A DNA stretch of 64,000 nucleotides from Aplysia californica (Eukaryota): positions 2,545,937 to 2,609,936 of the forward strand of contig NW_004797272.1 of the NCBI RefSeq assembly GCF_000002075.1. The letters run 5' to 3'. This document shows positions 50,850 to 64,000 of this stretch, in pieces (the first letter of the stretch is position 1; each line of letters opens with the position of its first letter). The notes below the pieces were generated by a model. The model saw nothing but the letters and a program-made list of their open reading frames with translations, did not search any database and was not told the origin of the DNA. A program made the position numbers and the translations under genes.

Positions 50850-51207
50850 TAAATAAAGTCATCAGGTGGCAACTGTTTTAATGAGCGTTTTGTGCTTCTT
50901 CTAGCTCATGAATGAAAGCGATTGCGTGATCGATTGCATTTTTTGTTAATAAAAACAGCCTGCTTAAAAGTGTTTTCCGAGAGTTAATAATATAATCATT
51001 CTATCAGTGTCAATATACGCTTATCCTGGGGACAATTTTTAGCACCGACGAGCCAATTTGTGTCTCAGAAAATGTATGTATATTATGTTAATTAACTCAC
51101 GTAGGTCGACTATTTCCGTAAAATTATGTAACCTCTTTGTTTGTTCAATTGGGGGGGTTGCTGATTTAATCATAAAGGCTAATTCAACATTAACTTTTTT
51201 CTTATAG

Positions 51208-51443
51208 GTGGAGAGGACTTTGATCAAGTGGTGATGAACTACATGGTCAAGGCCGTGAAGAAATCAACAGGCAAAGACATCCGGTCCAACACACGGGCGA
51301 TGCAGAAGCTGCGACGAGAGGTGGAAATGGCCAAACGTACACTGTCCACCCAGCAGCAGGTCACTCTTGAGATAGACGACCTAGTGGATGGTCAAGATTT
51401 CTCACAAACGTTGTCCAGGTCCAAGTTTGAAGATCTTAATATG
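51208..51443 (+). CDS. HSPA5: BiP-like exon (GGEDFDQ...QKLRREVEMAKRTLS...KFEDLNM)
   Basis: TAG acceptor and GTGAGA donor. Contains BiP-like KLRREVE.AKR.LS. Confidence 0.95.
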
Positions 51444-51685
51444 GTGAGAGAACATTACTGGATCCATAACATAATAGTATCCCCTTGTCCTAAGATGTTC
51501 GGTAATGTCACAATAATTGATTCGGGTAGTGGAACCTGCATTTTCAAAGTACAGCAAAACTCTCAAACTCCTAGCCATGCTTATAATCATTGGAAACAAA
51601 GTTTTAAAAAACTGCTGATAAATAACAGATTGCTCTAAAAACATCCCTGAACATAATATTTTTATGCATAGCATGCCAGGGCTGT

Positions 51686-52160
51686 TGCATCACCATTGCC
51701 TTTCTCATCCTGCACCAGGGTACAGGCCACGGACAAACACTTTCCACCTTTCTCTATCCTGGGCTAACCTCTTGGTGTTACTCCATGTCTTCCCACTTTT
51801 CTGAACATCAATTTCTGTTATTCTTCTCCAGATTCCACGCGGCCTTCCCTTTGATCTTTTATTATCCTGTGGATTCAATTCCAACATTTTCTTTGTTATG
51901 CAGCTGTTTGACTTCCTAAGAGTATGTCCTATCCATGGCCATCACTTTCTCCCTTCCTCATCTCTGACTGGGCTCTGTCTTGTTTACCTTGACCCATCTG
52001 ATCCTCAGTAACTTTCTTAGACACATGTTCAAGAAAACCTGGATCCTCTTTATGCAAGTTTGTGATCCGTTCCAGGTCTCACACCCATACAACAGGACTG
52101 ACTTCCCGTTTGAATTAAAAATAAAAAATCCTCAGCTTTGTTCGAAATGAGATATCGCTT
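51686..52160 (-). mobile_element. RTE LINE 3' end, same family as 41195-42200
   Basis: GRPRGIWRRITEIDVQKSGKTWSNTKRLAQDRERWKVFVRGLYPG is near-identical to ORF 41681-42172. Confidence 0.92.
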
Positions 52161-52349
52161 GGGGGGGGGGGGGGGGGCTTTTGCGTAGGACCAATATTAA
52201 ATTATATAGATGTTTCTTTTTACCAAAATAATATTAAAACCAATATAACGGTGTGATTTTTTTAGTAGCACGGAGTTCCAGTACTAGTACATGTCTATTT
52301 ATTCCACTGGCTTCTCACTACAATGTACCTAACTTACTCTCAATTTCAG

Positions 52350-52499
52350 GATCTGTTCAGAAGCACACTAACACCTGTTCGCAAGGCGTTGAAAGATGCG
52401 GACGCCTCACCAGAGGAGGTGGATGAGGTCATCCTGGTCGGCGGGTCTACTCGCATCCCCAAAGTGCAACAGCTGGTCAAGGAGTTGTTCAACGGAAAG
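52350..52499 (+). CDS. HSPA5: BiP-like exon (DLFRSTL...[24 protein letters not shown])
   Basis: Hsp70 adenosine motif [18 protein letters not shown] boundaries. Confidence 0.95.
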
Positions 52500-52682
52500 G
52501 TACGTTCTAATAAAAGGTCCATCTCTCCGCTTCCTAAAAGACCCGCTAATAAGAGTAGTGATGATTCAAACGAAATAGAGGGAGGTTGAAGGATGCTCTC
52601 CAGTCATGTTTCAAATCATACATTCATATCAAACTTGCCGTTTAATTTAATTTAATTTTTTTTAATTTATTTATTTATTTAG

Positions 52683-54265
52683 ATATCGGTGACCTGTACA
52701 ATGACAAAAGAGATGAACAAAGAAGAGTGGAAAATAACAACGAGGGACCACCAATCATGAAAGAAGAAGTTGTCAAGGCACTACGAAAGATGAAGAATGG
52801 GAAAGCGGCAGGACCGGACAACATCACCACAGAGATGATTAAAGCTTTAGAAGACTTTGGAATCACCACGCTGACAAAACTTCTTAACAACATATATGCC
52901 ACTGGACATATTCCATCAGACTTGTCAAAATCTATCTTCATAGCTTTACCAAAGAAACCCAATGCAAACGAATGTGAAACACATCGTACCATCAGCCTCA
53001 TGAGCCACATAACAAAAATATTACTCAGAATAATTATGATGAGAATAAGAAATAAAATTATCCCAGAAATAGCCCAAGAACAATGTGGATTTATTGAAGG
53101 CAAAGGCACTGTAAATGCCATATGTCATCAGAACAACAATAGAACGTGCCCTAGAAGTTCAGAAAGATCTTCATTTATGTTTTATAGACTACACCAAGGC
53201 ATTCGACAAAATCAGGCACGACAAGATCATCGACATGCTGGAAGTTCTTAATATCGACGGGAAGGACTTACGGATTATCAAAAACATGTACTGGGATCAA
53301 ACGGCTGCAATGAGAATAGAAAACGACATCAGCGAATACATACAGATTAAAAGAGGAGTCAGACAAGGATGTGTACTTTCTCCAGACTTGTCTCCCTGTA
53401 TAGTGAAAATATCATGAGACACATAGAAGAAATGCCTGGTATCTCGATAGGGGGACATAATATAAACAATCTAAGATATAATGCAGATGACACAGTCCTA
53501 ATAGCAGAAGATGAAGAACACCTGCAGAATCTATTAAATGTCATCGTACAAGAGAGTGACAACATGGGCTTAAACCTAAACATCAAGAAAACCGAAACGA
53601 TGGTGATAAGCAGAAATACTCCAATCCCAACATGCAATATCAAAATCAATGATACCACCCTGAAGCAAGTACAACATTTTAGATATTTGGGGACCATTAT
53701 ATCATCAGATGGTAGATGTCACACCGAAATTAAAAGCCGCATTTGCCAAGCAAAAGCAACCTTCCACAAGATGAAACAGATACTAACAAACATCAATCTG
53801 TCACTGGAAATGAGGAAAAGAGTAATGAAAAGCTACATCGAGCCAATCCTATTATACGGGTGCGAAGCATGGACAATCAATAAACAGCTGGAAAAAACAA
53901 TTGTTGCGGCAGAGTTGTGGTTCATGAGACGCATGCTACGTATCCCATGGACAGCTAGAAAAACAAATGAAGAAGTCCTGGTTGAAGCAAATTATAGAAA
54001 ACAACTTATCACGAATATAAGAAAACGACAGGCAAATTTTTTCGGACACACAATACGGAAAGAAGCATTAGAGAACATTGTAACAACAGGAAAGTTTGAT
54101 GGAAAGAGAGGTAGAGGCAGACAGAGGGAAAAGATACTGGACAAGATGACAACATGGCTGGGAGCAGCAAGAACAACAGACACCATTGCTGCTTCGAAAG
54201 ACAGATGGAAGTGGAGGTCCATGATCGCCCACGCCAGTCGGCAAGGCACCGGATGATGATGATTT
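52683..54265 (+). mobile_element. 5'-truncated RTE LINE (RT domain) in a BiP intron, two frameshifts
   Basis: KAAGPD, RTISLMSH, FIDYTKAFD, GVRQGCVLSP, RYNADDT, LLYGCEAW and a (GAT)n tail. Confidence 0.95.
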
Positions 54266-54457
54266 ATTTAGTCATTTATATGTATTTATTTAGATGTATT
54301 TATTTTTTATTTATTTTATTTATTTTATTTGGGGGGGGGGGGGGGGGGGGGTTACTTGTTTTTCTAGCCTTTCTGGCAGTCTAGCTGTGAATATTTCCAA
54401 CGACAATTTTTTTTTTTAATTAGAGACTTATATTATTGTGTCTTCTGTTTTATTTAG

Positions 54458-54709
54458 GAACCTCATCGAGGGATCAACCCTGATGAAGCAGTTGCTTACG
54501 GAGCAGCAGTTCAGGCCTGGGTCATGGATGGATCCCCGGGCGAAACTGACCAAGGTATGGTCATCCTGGACGTTAACCCCCTGACCCTGGGCATCGAGAC
54601 AGTGGGTGGAGTCATGACCTCTGTCATCAAAAGAAACACTCCCATTCCAACTAAGAAGTCCCAGATTTTCTCCACCGCAGCCGACAATCAAAACGCTGTA
54701 ACAATCCAG
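54458..54709 (+). CDS. HSPA5: BiP-like exon ([20 protein letters not shown]...[15 protein letters not shown]...DNQNAVTIQ)
   Basis: Covers the end of the nucleotide-binding domain, the linker and the start of the substrate-binding domain. TAG/GTGAGT boundaries. Confidence 0.95.
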
Positions 54710-54780
54710 GTGAGTGTCATGTTAGTTTCCCCCTTTTTGGCTAAATGAAACACTCGTCGATCTGATCATAGCCATTATAA

Positions 54781-54949
54781 TTTTTTAGTAAGTGTTTTAC
54801 GGCACTTGCAACACAATAAGGTCATAAGTGCCGAAGATTAGAGGTGTTACAAGAGAGTAACAAACACACAAAAAGAGGGGAGATAAGGATGATAGATGTT
54901 GGATAGGAAAGAAGGAGCAAATCACACCAGAGCACACGCCAACCACCCA
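54781..54949 (-). mobile_element. Headless retroposon, full 169-bp copy with 14-bp TSD CATAGCCATTATAA
   Basis: TSD at 54767-54780 and 54950-54963. Confidence 0.93.
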
Positions 54950-55796
54950 CATAGCCATTATAACTGGAGGCGTGTTGTGGCAAGGACTGAGTGAGACACC
55001 ACCAACGGACGAACTTGGTCGTAGTAAGAGATGATTTTGAATACTATTTTTCAAGTAGAAGTGTGGGCCTACCTCATTAAAGGAAAAGGACTTGTCCCAT
55101 CGGCTAAAACGGAATACCCAAAGCGAAACTGCTGACATTTCTGGACTGCAATCGAATTTGAATGTCGGACTTCTGCTATTTTCAGATTGTTTTATCAATT
55201 TAACTGCTATGTAGTATACGTATGCATGTATACGTTAGGCCTTTCTTATGGTAGTTTACAGCAGCACAACTACAAACAAAAGCGAAAACAAAAGACAAAC
55301 AACTGAGGGTAAGAAAAAAGTACACAAGACCTTCCAATAAGATATTTCACCCTCTCACGGTCATTACATTCAGAATTTCTTTGAAACGATATTATTTAAC
55401 ACTTCTGAACACGTTTTCATAATAGGATATGGATTGCCACCCCCCCCCCCCCCCCCCCCCAAAAAAATGAAACAAAAGAACCTGCATTATCATCATTCTC
55501 TTAGATTAATGTTCTAGAGAACACAGTTTTGATCTCTGCAAACCTACTTTTTTCGGAAGAGCATAATTAGGACTAAAGAGGGAGCGCATCTGTGCGATGT
55601 CGTACTCAAACTCAAAGATTCACAATTCAGAAGGTCGAATCACAAAAGCCTGTACATGTAGTGTCACCCATGATTCCTGATATTGTTTAAATGCCAATTT
55701 CATGTTTGGAAAAGAAAAAAATATGATTAGCAGTAGCAAAGAAAAAAAGTATGAAAAACAACATGTCTTATGAGGAAACATTTCTATCTCCAACAG

Positions 55797-56351
55797 GTGT
55801 TTGAAGGAGAGCGGGCAAATACCAAGGACAACCATCATTTAGGCCGATTTGACTTGACTGGCATCAAAGCTGCGCCTCGTGGTCATCCTCAGATTGAGGT
55901 CACATTTGAGGTCGACGTTAATGGCGTACTCAGGGTCAGCGCTCTGGACAAGGACACGGGCTTGGAAAACAATATCGTGATAGATAAAAGTGATATCAGC
56001 TTAACGGCTGACGACATCAAAAAGATGGTCAAAGAAGGAGAAGACTTTGCCGAAGAAGACAAAAAGTTCAGAGAACGGGTTGATGCAAAAAATGGTTTGG
56101 AAGGTTTAGCATACATGACAAAGAAACAACTGGAGGACAATGAGAAGATTTCTCAGGTTTTAAGTACAGAAGAGGTGACTTCTGTGACAGAAGCTTGTGA
56201 TGAAGCTTTAAGTTGGTTGGAAAGCAATAGCCTAGCAAGTAGTGAGGAAATTACTGAAAAGAAAGATGAACTGCAAAAGTTGATTCATCCGATAGTGAGT
56301 AAACTATACCAGGGGGATAAAACTTCAAATGAAGACAAGGAAGAGTTGTAA
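55797..56351 (+). CDS. HSPA5: BiP-like last exon (VFEGER...APRGHPQIEVTF...SKLYQGDKTSNEDKEEL*)
   Basis: Substrate-binding domain and lid, ending in the ER-retrieval-type signal KEEL then TAA. AATAAA occurs at about 56566 and 57427. Confidence 0.95.
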   Translation: MFEGERANTKDNHHLGRFDLTGIKAAPRGHPQIEVTFEVDVNGVLRVSALDKDTGLENNIVIDKSDISLTADDIKKMVKEGEDFAEEDKKFRERVDAKNGLEGLAYMTKKQLEDNEKISQVLSTEEVTSVTEACDEALSWLESNSLASSEEITEKKDELQKLIHPIVSKLYQGDKTSNEDKEEL

Positions 56352-58312
56352 TTAGTCTGGTCATGTACCCTTTAAAATTACAGAGTCTTTCAATTCTACA
56401 ATGTAACTATCCCCATGTGCTCAATGCTTCATCTTCATATAATTCAACCATTAAACTTTCATGCGGCTATGGACGCAAGTTTGTGTGTGTGTGTTGTGTA
56501 AAAGGCGCAGGGGGGTCGGATACATTCCCCGATTCTTTCAGAACGATTAAAGTGTGTTTGTTGGAAAATAAAACTCGTGTGGCACCGAGATAACCCATCA
56601 ACAATGCAATCAGTGAGGCGAAGGTGGGTTCTGTTTGACAAATAATAATATTCTCTTCTGTCAGCTATTTTAGATAGACTATACCGATAACGCATTTTCC
56701 CCAAAAATATATACCAGATTTTGTATGGACCTAAAGTCTGTTAGTCTATTTTTTTTCCCTACAACAGTTGGTATCATCATACAATTCTGTGTGTCACTCT
56801 CCACCATACTTTGGCTTTAACAAAGGCGATAACCGAGACGTTCTCAGTACCATAAACTTGATCCAAAGAATGTAACACAGCTAACATGATAGTCATAAAT
56901 GTAGTAGAGGCCTACGATCCACAGATTGCTAAATGAGCTATTTTCTTTTACACTTGTTATAATAGATATGTGAAAGTTTGTCTACAAAATTCGAAACTAA
57001 CATAATTTGGTCGTTAGATTTGTCCGATTTATAAAGAATACGCAAAGGCTTACTGAACTTATTACATGTATTAATTAATGTCTACCAAAGTGTATTTCCT
57101 CCAACCCTTACACAGCGATGCTGAGTAAAGGAACAACAAAGTTGTCATAATTTGTTTGTCATCCACATTACATGTATCAATCGCTTTCAATTTTTCCAAT
57201 TTTGTGATTAAATCTGATAGCATATGTTTGAATATGTCCATAAAATGAAAACATGTATGTCACGTGTGAAATAATTCTGAAATGGCTAAATTAAATATTG
57301 TAAATTGCTACTCTTAACCCTTACATGTCAATGTTTGTGTGACTGCTGTCACATTCACCGGTACGGATATGTATTTTTATCATGATACACATGTATAGAT
57401 GTAATGTATTTTCTAACTTGTTTGGAAATAAAGAAGATTATTGAATCTACCTAAAAATATGCTTCCCTTTCTTAAAATTGCTCATCATTATTGTTATGGA
57501 TATTGTTCAGGAAGTGTCCAGGTACTATAATATGTAATAAACCCAATTTACAAAATTTGACCCCCAAACATGATTTCTAGGTGCCCCACCAGCCCTTAAC
57601 ATGCTCTTGTGTCTGATATAAAAACTGCCGCTGCGGTACCGCAGAACTGTCGGTGCCGTCTCGCTGCCGTTCCGTACTAATGAATTCAGACAGTGACATT
57701 TCTGTTTCAGCGATCTGTACTGTCATGTCCATGTCTCGGTGCAGTTCAGTTTCCGTGCCTATGGATTCCCAGGAAGACTGGCCTCTTAATTTTTTTTTCA
57801 ATGTAAGTATTTTTACGCCCCCCCCCCCCTTACACAGTTTAGATCATAATTTAGGAGGCGGGCCTTGCCTGTCATGGGCCACACAGCCACACAGGTTGAG
57901 AGGGATACAATATTTCAGCTGACAGAAAGACCAATATAATATACTAGATACAATTCTCCCCGCTCGGAAATTGCATTCGAATCTCCTGCGTGCGATAGGG
58001 CCCAACTGCTAGGCTGCCACAGACAACAACAAAAAAACAACCCAAAGGCACTAAGTTGACAAACAAGCATTTGAGTCAATTTGACACAGTTTGGAATTGG
58101 TGACTAAATATCCAGTGTTTGTTGCCAGCTTGTGTCTTATAAAAAGATTTCTTTCACTTTAAACTTGTACATCGATGTAGAGTGCGCGCAGTAGGCTATT
58201 GGATCAAGGAGGCAACACCTTTGCCGCTGCCTAGGCTATCTAATCTAGATCTAGATATCTAAATATGTGTAAATCTAGATTACATCTAGAGATAGATTAT
58301 CTAGATCTAGAT

Positions 58313-58793
58313 TCACTTCAACAGCCACAGTAGCCGGCATGTAAACAAACGGGACCGCAATTGTACAGGAGTGCCGCGGGCCGCGATTTTTTTATCCCAC
58401 CAAACGCAAAGTGCAGCAAGCGGCTTGTTCAATTTACTAATGAACTTTTCAAGTTGCACACCGGCTGCTTTTTTCTCATTCCAGCTCCTTTTATTTTTGC
58501 ATTCTGCATCAATTTCTCTCGAATTTCCGCCGTTTTCAATGACAACTCGCGCGCCAACGTCCCGATGCCCGATCGACACTTTGTTGCTCCACAATAAATA
58601 AAGTGAAACTAGCGCTAGGCCTAGAAGAACGGAAGTAGAAAGCTACGGGCGGACATGCGTCATGCACAAGCTGCGTTTTCGTCTCTCTCCCAGTTTTGTG
58701 TTTTCCGCGGGTTAAAAAAAAAAGTATCACAAGTAGCGGGAAAAGCTAGATGAAGCGGAGTTTCCGCTATTTAGCGAGAAAGTGGCAGCTATG
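58313..58793 (-). mobile_element. 5' end of a hAT-like DNA transposon with decayed BED-finger-like N-terminus
   Basis: Terminus CATAGCTGCCAC. The peptide EIDAECKNKRSWN..FISKLNKP.AALCVWWDKKI resembles a degenerate BED zinc finger. The partner terminus was not found. Confidence 0.45.
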
Positions 58794-58796
58794 AAG

Positions 58797-58956
58797 TTAA
58801 TCCGATCTGTATGCTTTGCATAGCAGTGTGTCAAAATGATTTTTGAAAAGAAATACTGAAAGTTTCAAGGAGATCTTCGTACTAGAAGTATTCTAAAATG
58901 TGAAGAATACAACCTCGGGGGTACAAAATGACCCCAGGGTGTACGGATAGGGTTAA
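58797..58956. mobile_element. ~155-bp piggyBac-like MITE (copy 2)
   Basis: TTAA...GTACGGATAGGG-TTAA. Matches 47701-47858. Confidence 0.85.
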
Positions 58957-59515
58957 CAGCTGGCTGACCATATAAAATTACAAAAGTCACGTCCAATTTT
59001 AAGCAGTGTACCAGCCTCCAACTCGGGTCTCGAAATCAATCAATACAACTTTCGATGGGAGTCAACTTACTAAAAAAAAAGGCAACGATTACTGCCCCTT
59101 GCAATTTTGCATACAACAATTTGGCACTGGGCTCGATAATAGGTTAGTAGCCGACAAACTGTTTGCTCAACCGAGTTCTTATCAATTACAGCATTAGGGC
59201 CTTTCAAACTCAAAGCTAAACGTCAAAAACAACTCCCCCACAAAAGACCGAGCGCAACATAAGTCAACAATTTCAGCAGATCCTTGTCTTGGTACATAGC
59301 TTTTTTTGTGAACTGCATGATTGCTACAGACACTTTGTACTCACAAGTCCCCATGTAATATGTGAAGGTATTAATACTAGTAATAGCATTTGGATTGATA
59401 TTGCTCATGTCTACGCTCTACAGCATGCTCAATGCCCCGCACAACCATTATTGCCCTAGCAGATCCTAGAACACTCAGAAACACTATAAGCTTCCAAGGA
59501 AGCATACAGTGCAAG

Positions 59516-59708
59516 TGGGTGGTTGGCAGGAACTCTGGTGTCGTCAGCTTCTTCTTTCCTGTAAAACATTTATCGTCCTTATCTCCCCTTCTTCTTTTTT
59601 TATGTTTGTTACTTTCTTGTTGTAAAACCTGTAATCTCCTGGCGCTCAAATAACCTTATGCAGCTGCGAGCGCCGTATAACCTCTACTAAAAAATATATG
59701 TTTTTTAA
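59516..59708 (+). mobile_element. Headless retroposon, full copy with 12-bp TSD ATACAGTGCAAG
   Basis: TSD at 59504-59515 and 59709-59720. Starts TGGGTGGTTGG. Confidence 0.9.
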
Positions 59709-59774
59709 ATACAGTGCAAGCCACGGATTTCACAAGCTCAAACTCAAACACTAACAAAGTGACAAGATCTTTCA

Positions 59775-59933
59775 CTGTCTATAGGCGCATACCCATTTCC
59801 ACCTGGGTGAAAGGAAGAAAATTAGTGTAAAGTGCCTTTCCCAAGGACACAACGTTGGGCCTCGACACGATTCTTACTCCTTGACCTTATTGTTGCGAGC
59901 CCAAGAGCCTTACCACTAAACCACCAACGCCAC
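59775..59933 (-). mobile_element. CORE-type SINE, 5' half (second copy of the 49297 family)
   Basis: The reverse complement reads GTGGCGTTGGTGGTTTAGTGG...TTGTGTCCTTGGGAAAGGCACTTTACAC...CACCCAGGTGGAAATGGGTA. Confidence 0.85.
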
Positions 59934-62900
59934 AAACATAGTTTGTAATAGGTTAGATCTAATCGCTTGACAGCTGCAGAGTCTGGAAAGCCTCTGATCC
60001 TCTATTGTTGAATGAAATTATGAAAAACAAAGCACCATCTGATTGCTGAGTGTGATCACATCAAGTCTTCTGTCACATTGTGAAATCTTGAGAAAGAGCA
60101 GTGACATCAATCAATCGAGATCTAACAATACATTTACTATAAATAATTTTATCAGGCCCACAACTGCTTCATTTGTTGCTACATTTTTATGTAAAGTACA
60201 AAATATTACTCAACCATACAATTTTTAGTGCATGAAACCACAATGCGACGTAGAACAGCTACAATGTTAACCTGCTATATTTCCTATCCTTCCAGTTCAC
60301 CACGTTAGAGCTTTTTCTCAGGTGGAACCATAGGCGATTTTGAGGATGCTTTTCTTTTTTAACAGCTCTTTGAGGAGTGAACTATCTTGATGTAGTATCA
60401 GATCTTCGCCAACACTGATGTCATCACAGAAAACGACTCAATTTGAAATAAGGACACGAGTCAACGGCACTGATGTTATGGAGCGTTTATTATTTACATG
60501 TACAATGTACACTGACACACTTTTCATCGCATAACACAAACTTATCCTGTCATTCCTATGCAGTTTGCACAGTGACCGCAGCATCCAATGAAATCTTAAC
60601 AATGACACACATAAAAATGCAAGGCAGGAAATTATGAAAAACAAAGCACCATCTGATTGCTGGGTGGCATTCTCGGTTTTTAAGAGAAAATTTCTTTCCT
60701 TGATAGTTTTCAAAACATTTTACCCAAAAATATATGCCATTCTCTTAAAATATAAAAAGGTAGAGTAGTCCACCAGAAAATAATAGAAAAATAAAACTTG
60801 CGCCAATTACCTATTAGATTTTTCATTCCTACTTGCAAATCCGAGTCTTATACGAACATAAAAACTTTCACTTTAAAGTTTGTAAGTAGAATCGTGAAAG
60901 GCTAGTACAATAAAATGTACATAAAACCAGAGAAAAGCAAAGGGGAAACCAATGCAAAAATTCCCAAGAGCAATCGGTACATTGTAACCACATGAAAACT
61001 CTTTTGGTCAACTCGTTTGCACAGCTGTAAATGCCGGACAAAAAAATCCCTCTTTAAGACAATGAGAAACAGGAAACATTTCCACTACATAAATAGCACA
61101 GAAGCACAGAAGCACAGAGAGAGACAAAGACTGAAACAGTTTAGAAGACCAAATATGCATACAGCTCAGAAATAAGTTAGTCGTCCATGTTAAAAGGCTT
61201 GCCAAACGAATGAAGGGACAACATAACTTCTGCAAATGTCTCTTTCAGACCTCGCTTTAGAAGAGGAAGAACAATGCTAGAGTTATCACATTTAGAATTA
61301 CACCTTAACCATGAATGGGAATAATGGTGACAGGCTGCTCAATGAAAGAAACGGGGATAAACTCAAAAGGGAAAAACCAGCTAAGGAGTGACAGAAAGGC
61401 CTACAGGAAGCTTAAGCTGGGAAACCAGAACTGCAGGCGCATAGCCACAGAGAGGTGGAGAGAATCACACTTGAGATAATCACTTTCTTAGAGATGAATA
61501 AAACGTCCAGAAAAAAAAGTAATTACATTCTTGAGGAAGTTCCTACTCAGCTTCTCTCATAAAGTATAAATGATTTTAATTTTTACAAAAGGAATGAACA
61601 AAGTTGAAAAAATGTACCAAAACCATTTAAATACAACGCAAATTAAAAATTCCTATCCTTTGATCAGCAGGAGACCGGCGAGTAGTAAAATTCGATACCA
61701 ATTAACACAGTTTCCTTTATAAAGGCAGCCTAATAATCTCCCCTTCCCCTCAAAAAAGAAGGTTGAAAGCGTATTTACAGCTCTTACTTCTTTTAGGCTA
61801 TTCTCAACTTCAACCACTGAAAAAAAATCATAAAAAAGGAAGAGCATCCTTCACAAGCGCACAATAAAAGAAAGTTGAATATCATTGCATTCTCAAGACA
61901 GCTAGCAACATTTCAAACAACAGGAATCTAAATGGCTCTATACACACTCACAGACACTCCCAAGGTATCCAGTACGAAAAAAAAAATAAGAATCAAGAGG
62001 CGTTTGCTAAAGCTTTTATGGGAATTAACATGGTTTCAAAGGCAAGATTATGCTCTTAAGCCACAATATCTCACCTCAGAGATTCTGAACCATCACCACA
62101 TAAGTTCACAACCTTGCTTCTGTCAGTCCCGACACTCAATACGAGAGAACGAGTATATGATTAAATAGAAAAAGTATTTCAGTTTAGGCTACCAGAAAAT
62201 AATATGCAAACAACAATAAACATGACACAGATCACAAGGACCCAAGAAATTATTATTCAGCTTTGCTTCACTTTACAATGATTTTACTAGAGGTAACAAT
62301 AAAGTACATGAGACAGAAAAGCTGTTTGAGAATAAAAATTACGGTATGCTCACATCCAAAGCCAGAACACTCCCAATTATCAAAACTGTAAAAAAAAGCT
62401 GACCATCAATGCTACAAAGACAATTTTTTAAACATGAAGCTGGGTGACCTAGAAAGACCATACTATACTTCAAGACAGATTCTGTTCAAATTCTGTTCTC
62501 ATAACTGTCGGTGTCAAAACTTGTATCGCTTTAAAAACTGCTTAAGATTACAACTGAATTTTCAAAGATTTTAAGGTCCTTGTTAGTATACTCATTACAC
62601 TGACAATATTCAAGAACGCTAACAGACGAAAATGTTTCTGAAGCAGGTACAGATTTCAAAACTGTGATTTTGGACATTGGAACACCTTGTTCATACACAA
62701 AGGTCTACTCTGAAGTATAATTTCAGTCGTGCCATAGAGGTTTCCGGTACAGAAAAAGCAAAAAGCACTATTATTATTGAACGTATCATTTTCTCATGAG
62801 AACAAGAATCGATTTGGAAGATAAAATAGAACACACACAAAAAAAAGGCGAGACAGCTTGAAACACCAGACACTGTTCCATCATCACTACAATAACTCTT

Positions 62901-64000
62901 AGCCTAAACTTGGATGTGGAGAACTTTCAAACGCGACAAAGACAAAGAAGTATAATATAATTGTCCCCCTAACTGCTGGAAACCTATGGGAAAGAGTTTA
63001 TCAAACTACATAAATTTCTGTAATACATCCTGAATATTATTCAGGAGACCAACAAGGAAAAAACATGCATTAACAGAATGACATAAGCTGATGCATAAGC
63101 GCACACTTTAATGCAAAACAAAAAAAGAATGTCAAATACACATACAAAATACCTGCACAAAATTAAAACTGTTAGTACATTATAAAGAAAAATGAACTGT
63201 TGAAAGAAAGAAAATAAAATCCAGATCTGCAGGTGCCAAATTCCAGTTCTTCAAGTGATGTATCCTTGCCTGTACTGCAAGTTACCTTGAGTTTCTCGGT
63301 AAACCAAGGATCACAGAAATATTGCACACCTAATTCCACACCATACCAACCCTCACCTCATCAGCCCTGAGTCAACATTGCATAACGGATGGCTGCGCCA
63401 CAGAGCCACAGAGCAACTACATGAAAAGCTTTAGTTAAAGGATGCAAAATAATTGAAATATGAAATGAAAGAAAAACTTGTTCACACTTCTTTTATAATC
63501 ACAATGAGCAAAACTAGGATGCAGACTACTACTAACTCATGCATAAATCAGAGTACATTACATATAGATCATCTAGATGACAAAATGTACACAATGCAGG
63601 GCACAAAGTAATCAGCTAGCTAAAAGCTATAAAACAAACTCCAACAGGGGTCCTGTACTATCAATATATTGTTACATATGATCCCTTTATCTGATATGAT
63701 TTTTAAAAGCCAAAAAGAGTGAATAGTCTGTAACATTTGGCTACAAGTGTATGTATGTAGATGTGGTAAAGGCAACAAAAGAGACTTTTTCACATAGAAA
63801 CTAAAATATATACTTTACATGTAAGTCAAAGAAATGTTTAACTTCTGGCAATTACCAAATACAAACACATAAAATTTGTATCAATACAAAGTGATCATAC
63901 ACTGAAAGAACTCATACCACATTTTTACAGAGCTGAACTTGTATCTATCAATTCCCTTAATGGACATGAAATAGACCTATTTAAAAATTTTCATCGATCT

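Noticed and set aside
60014-60720. Cys-rich transposase relic and a 39-bp direct repeat (60014-60052, 60628-60666)
   Set aside because: The repeat is real, but the Cys pattern is spread across frames with stops and no termini were identified.

Overview
Animal genomic DNA from a gapped draft assembly. The repeat content looks lophotrochozoan or mollusc-like, which is an inference. Two spliced genes sit head-to-head, with inferred transcription starts about 1.2 kb apart. On the minus strand is a complete six-exon Rab28 (42911->27972, 223 aa, C-terminal CaaX CTIA). On the plus strand is an ER Hsp70 of the BiP/GRP78 (HSPA5) type (45912->56351) with a signal peptide and C-terminal KEEL. It is noticeably divergent, and about 73 codons are missing, probably in the 100-N gap at 50311-50410. 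The intergenic region has a YY1 motif and an RFX X-box on the Rab28 side, and CCAAT boxes, an ERSE-like site, a TATA box and an Inr on the BiP side. The rest is dense in mobile DNA: decayed RTE, L2 and RNase-H-bearing LINEs, Penelope-like remnants with degenerate hammerhead motifs, tRNA-derived SINEs, hAT, piggyBac and Tigger-like DNA elements, and a nested transposon stack in Rab28 intron 1. The most unusual item is a ~170-190 bp retroposon present about nine times. It has target-site duplications, a fixed 5' end (TGGGTGGTTGG), no recognisable tRNA head, and a 3' hairpin with compensatory base changes. No prokaryotic systems, rRNA or intact tRNA genes were seen. All comparisons to known proteins and repeats are from memory, not from database searches.
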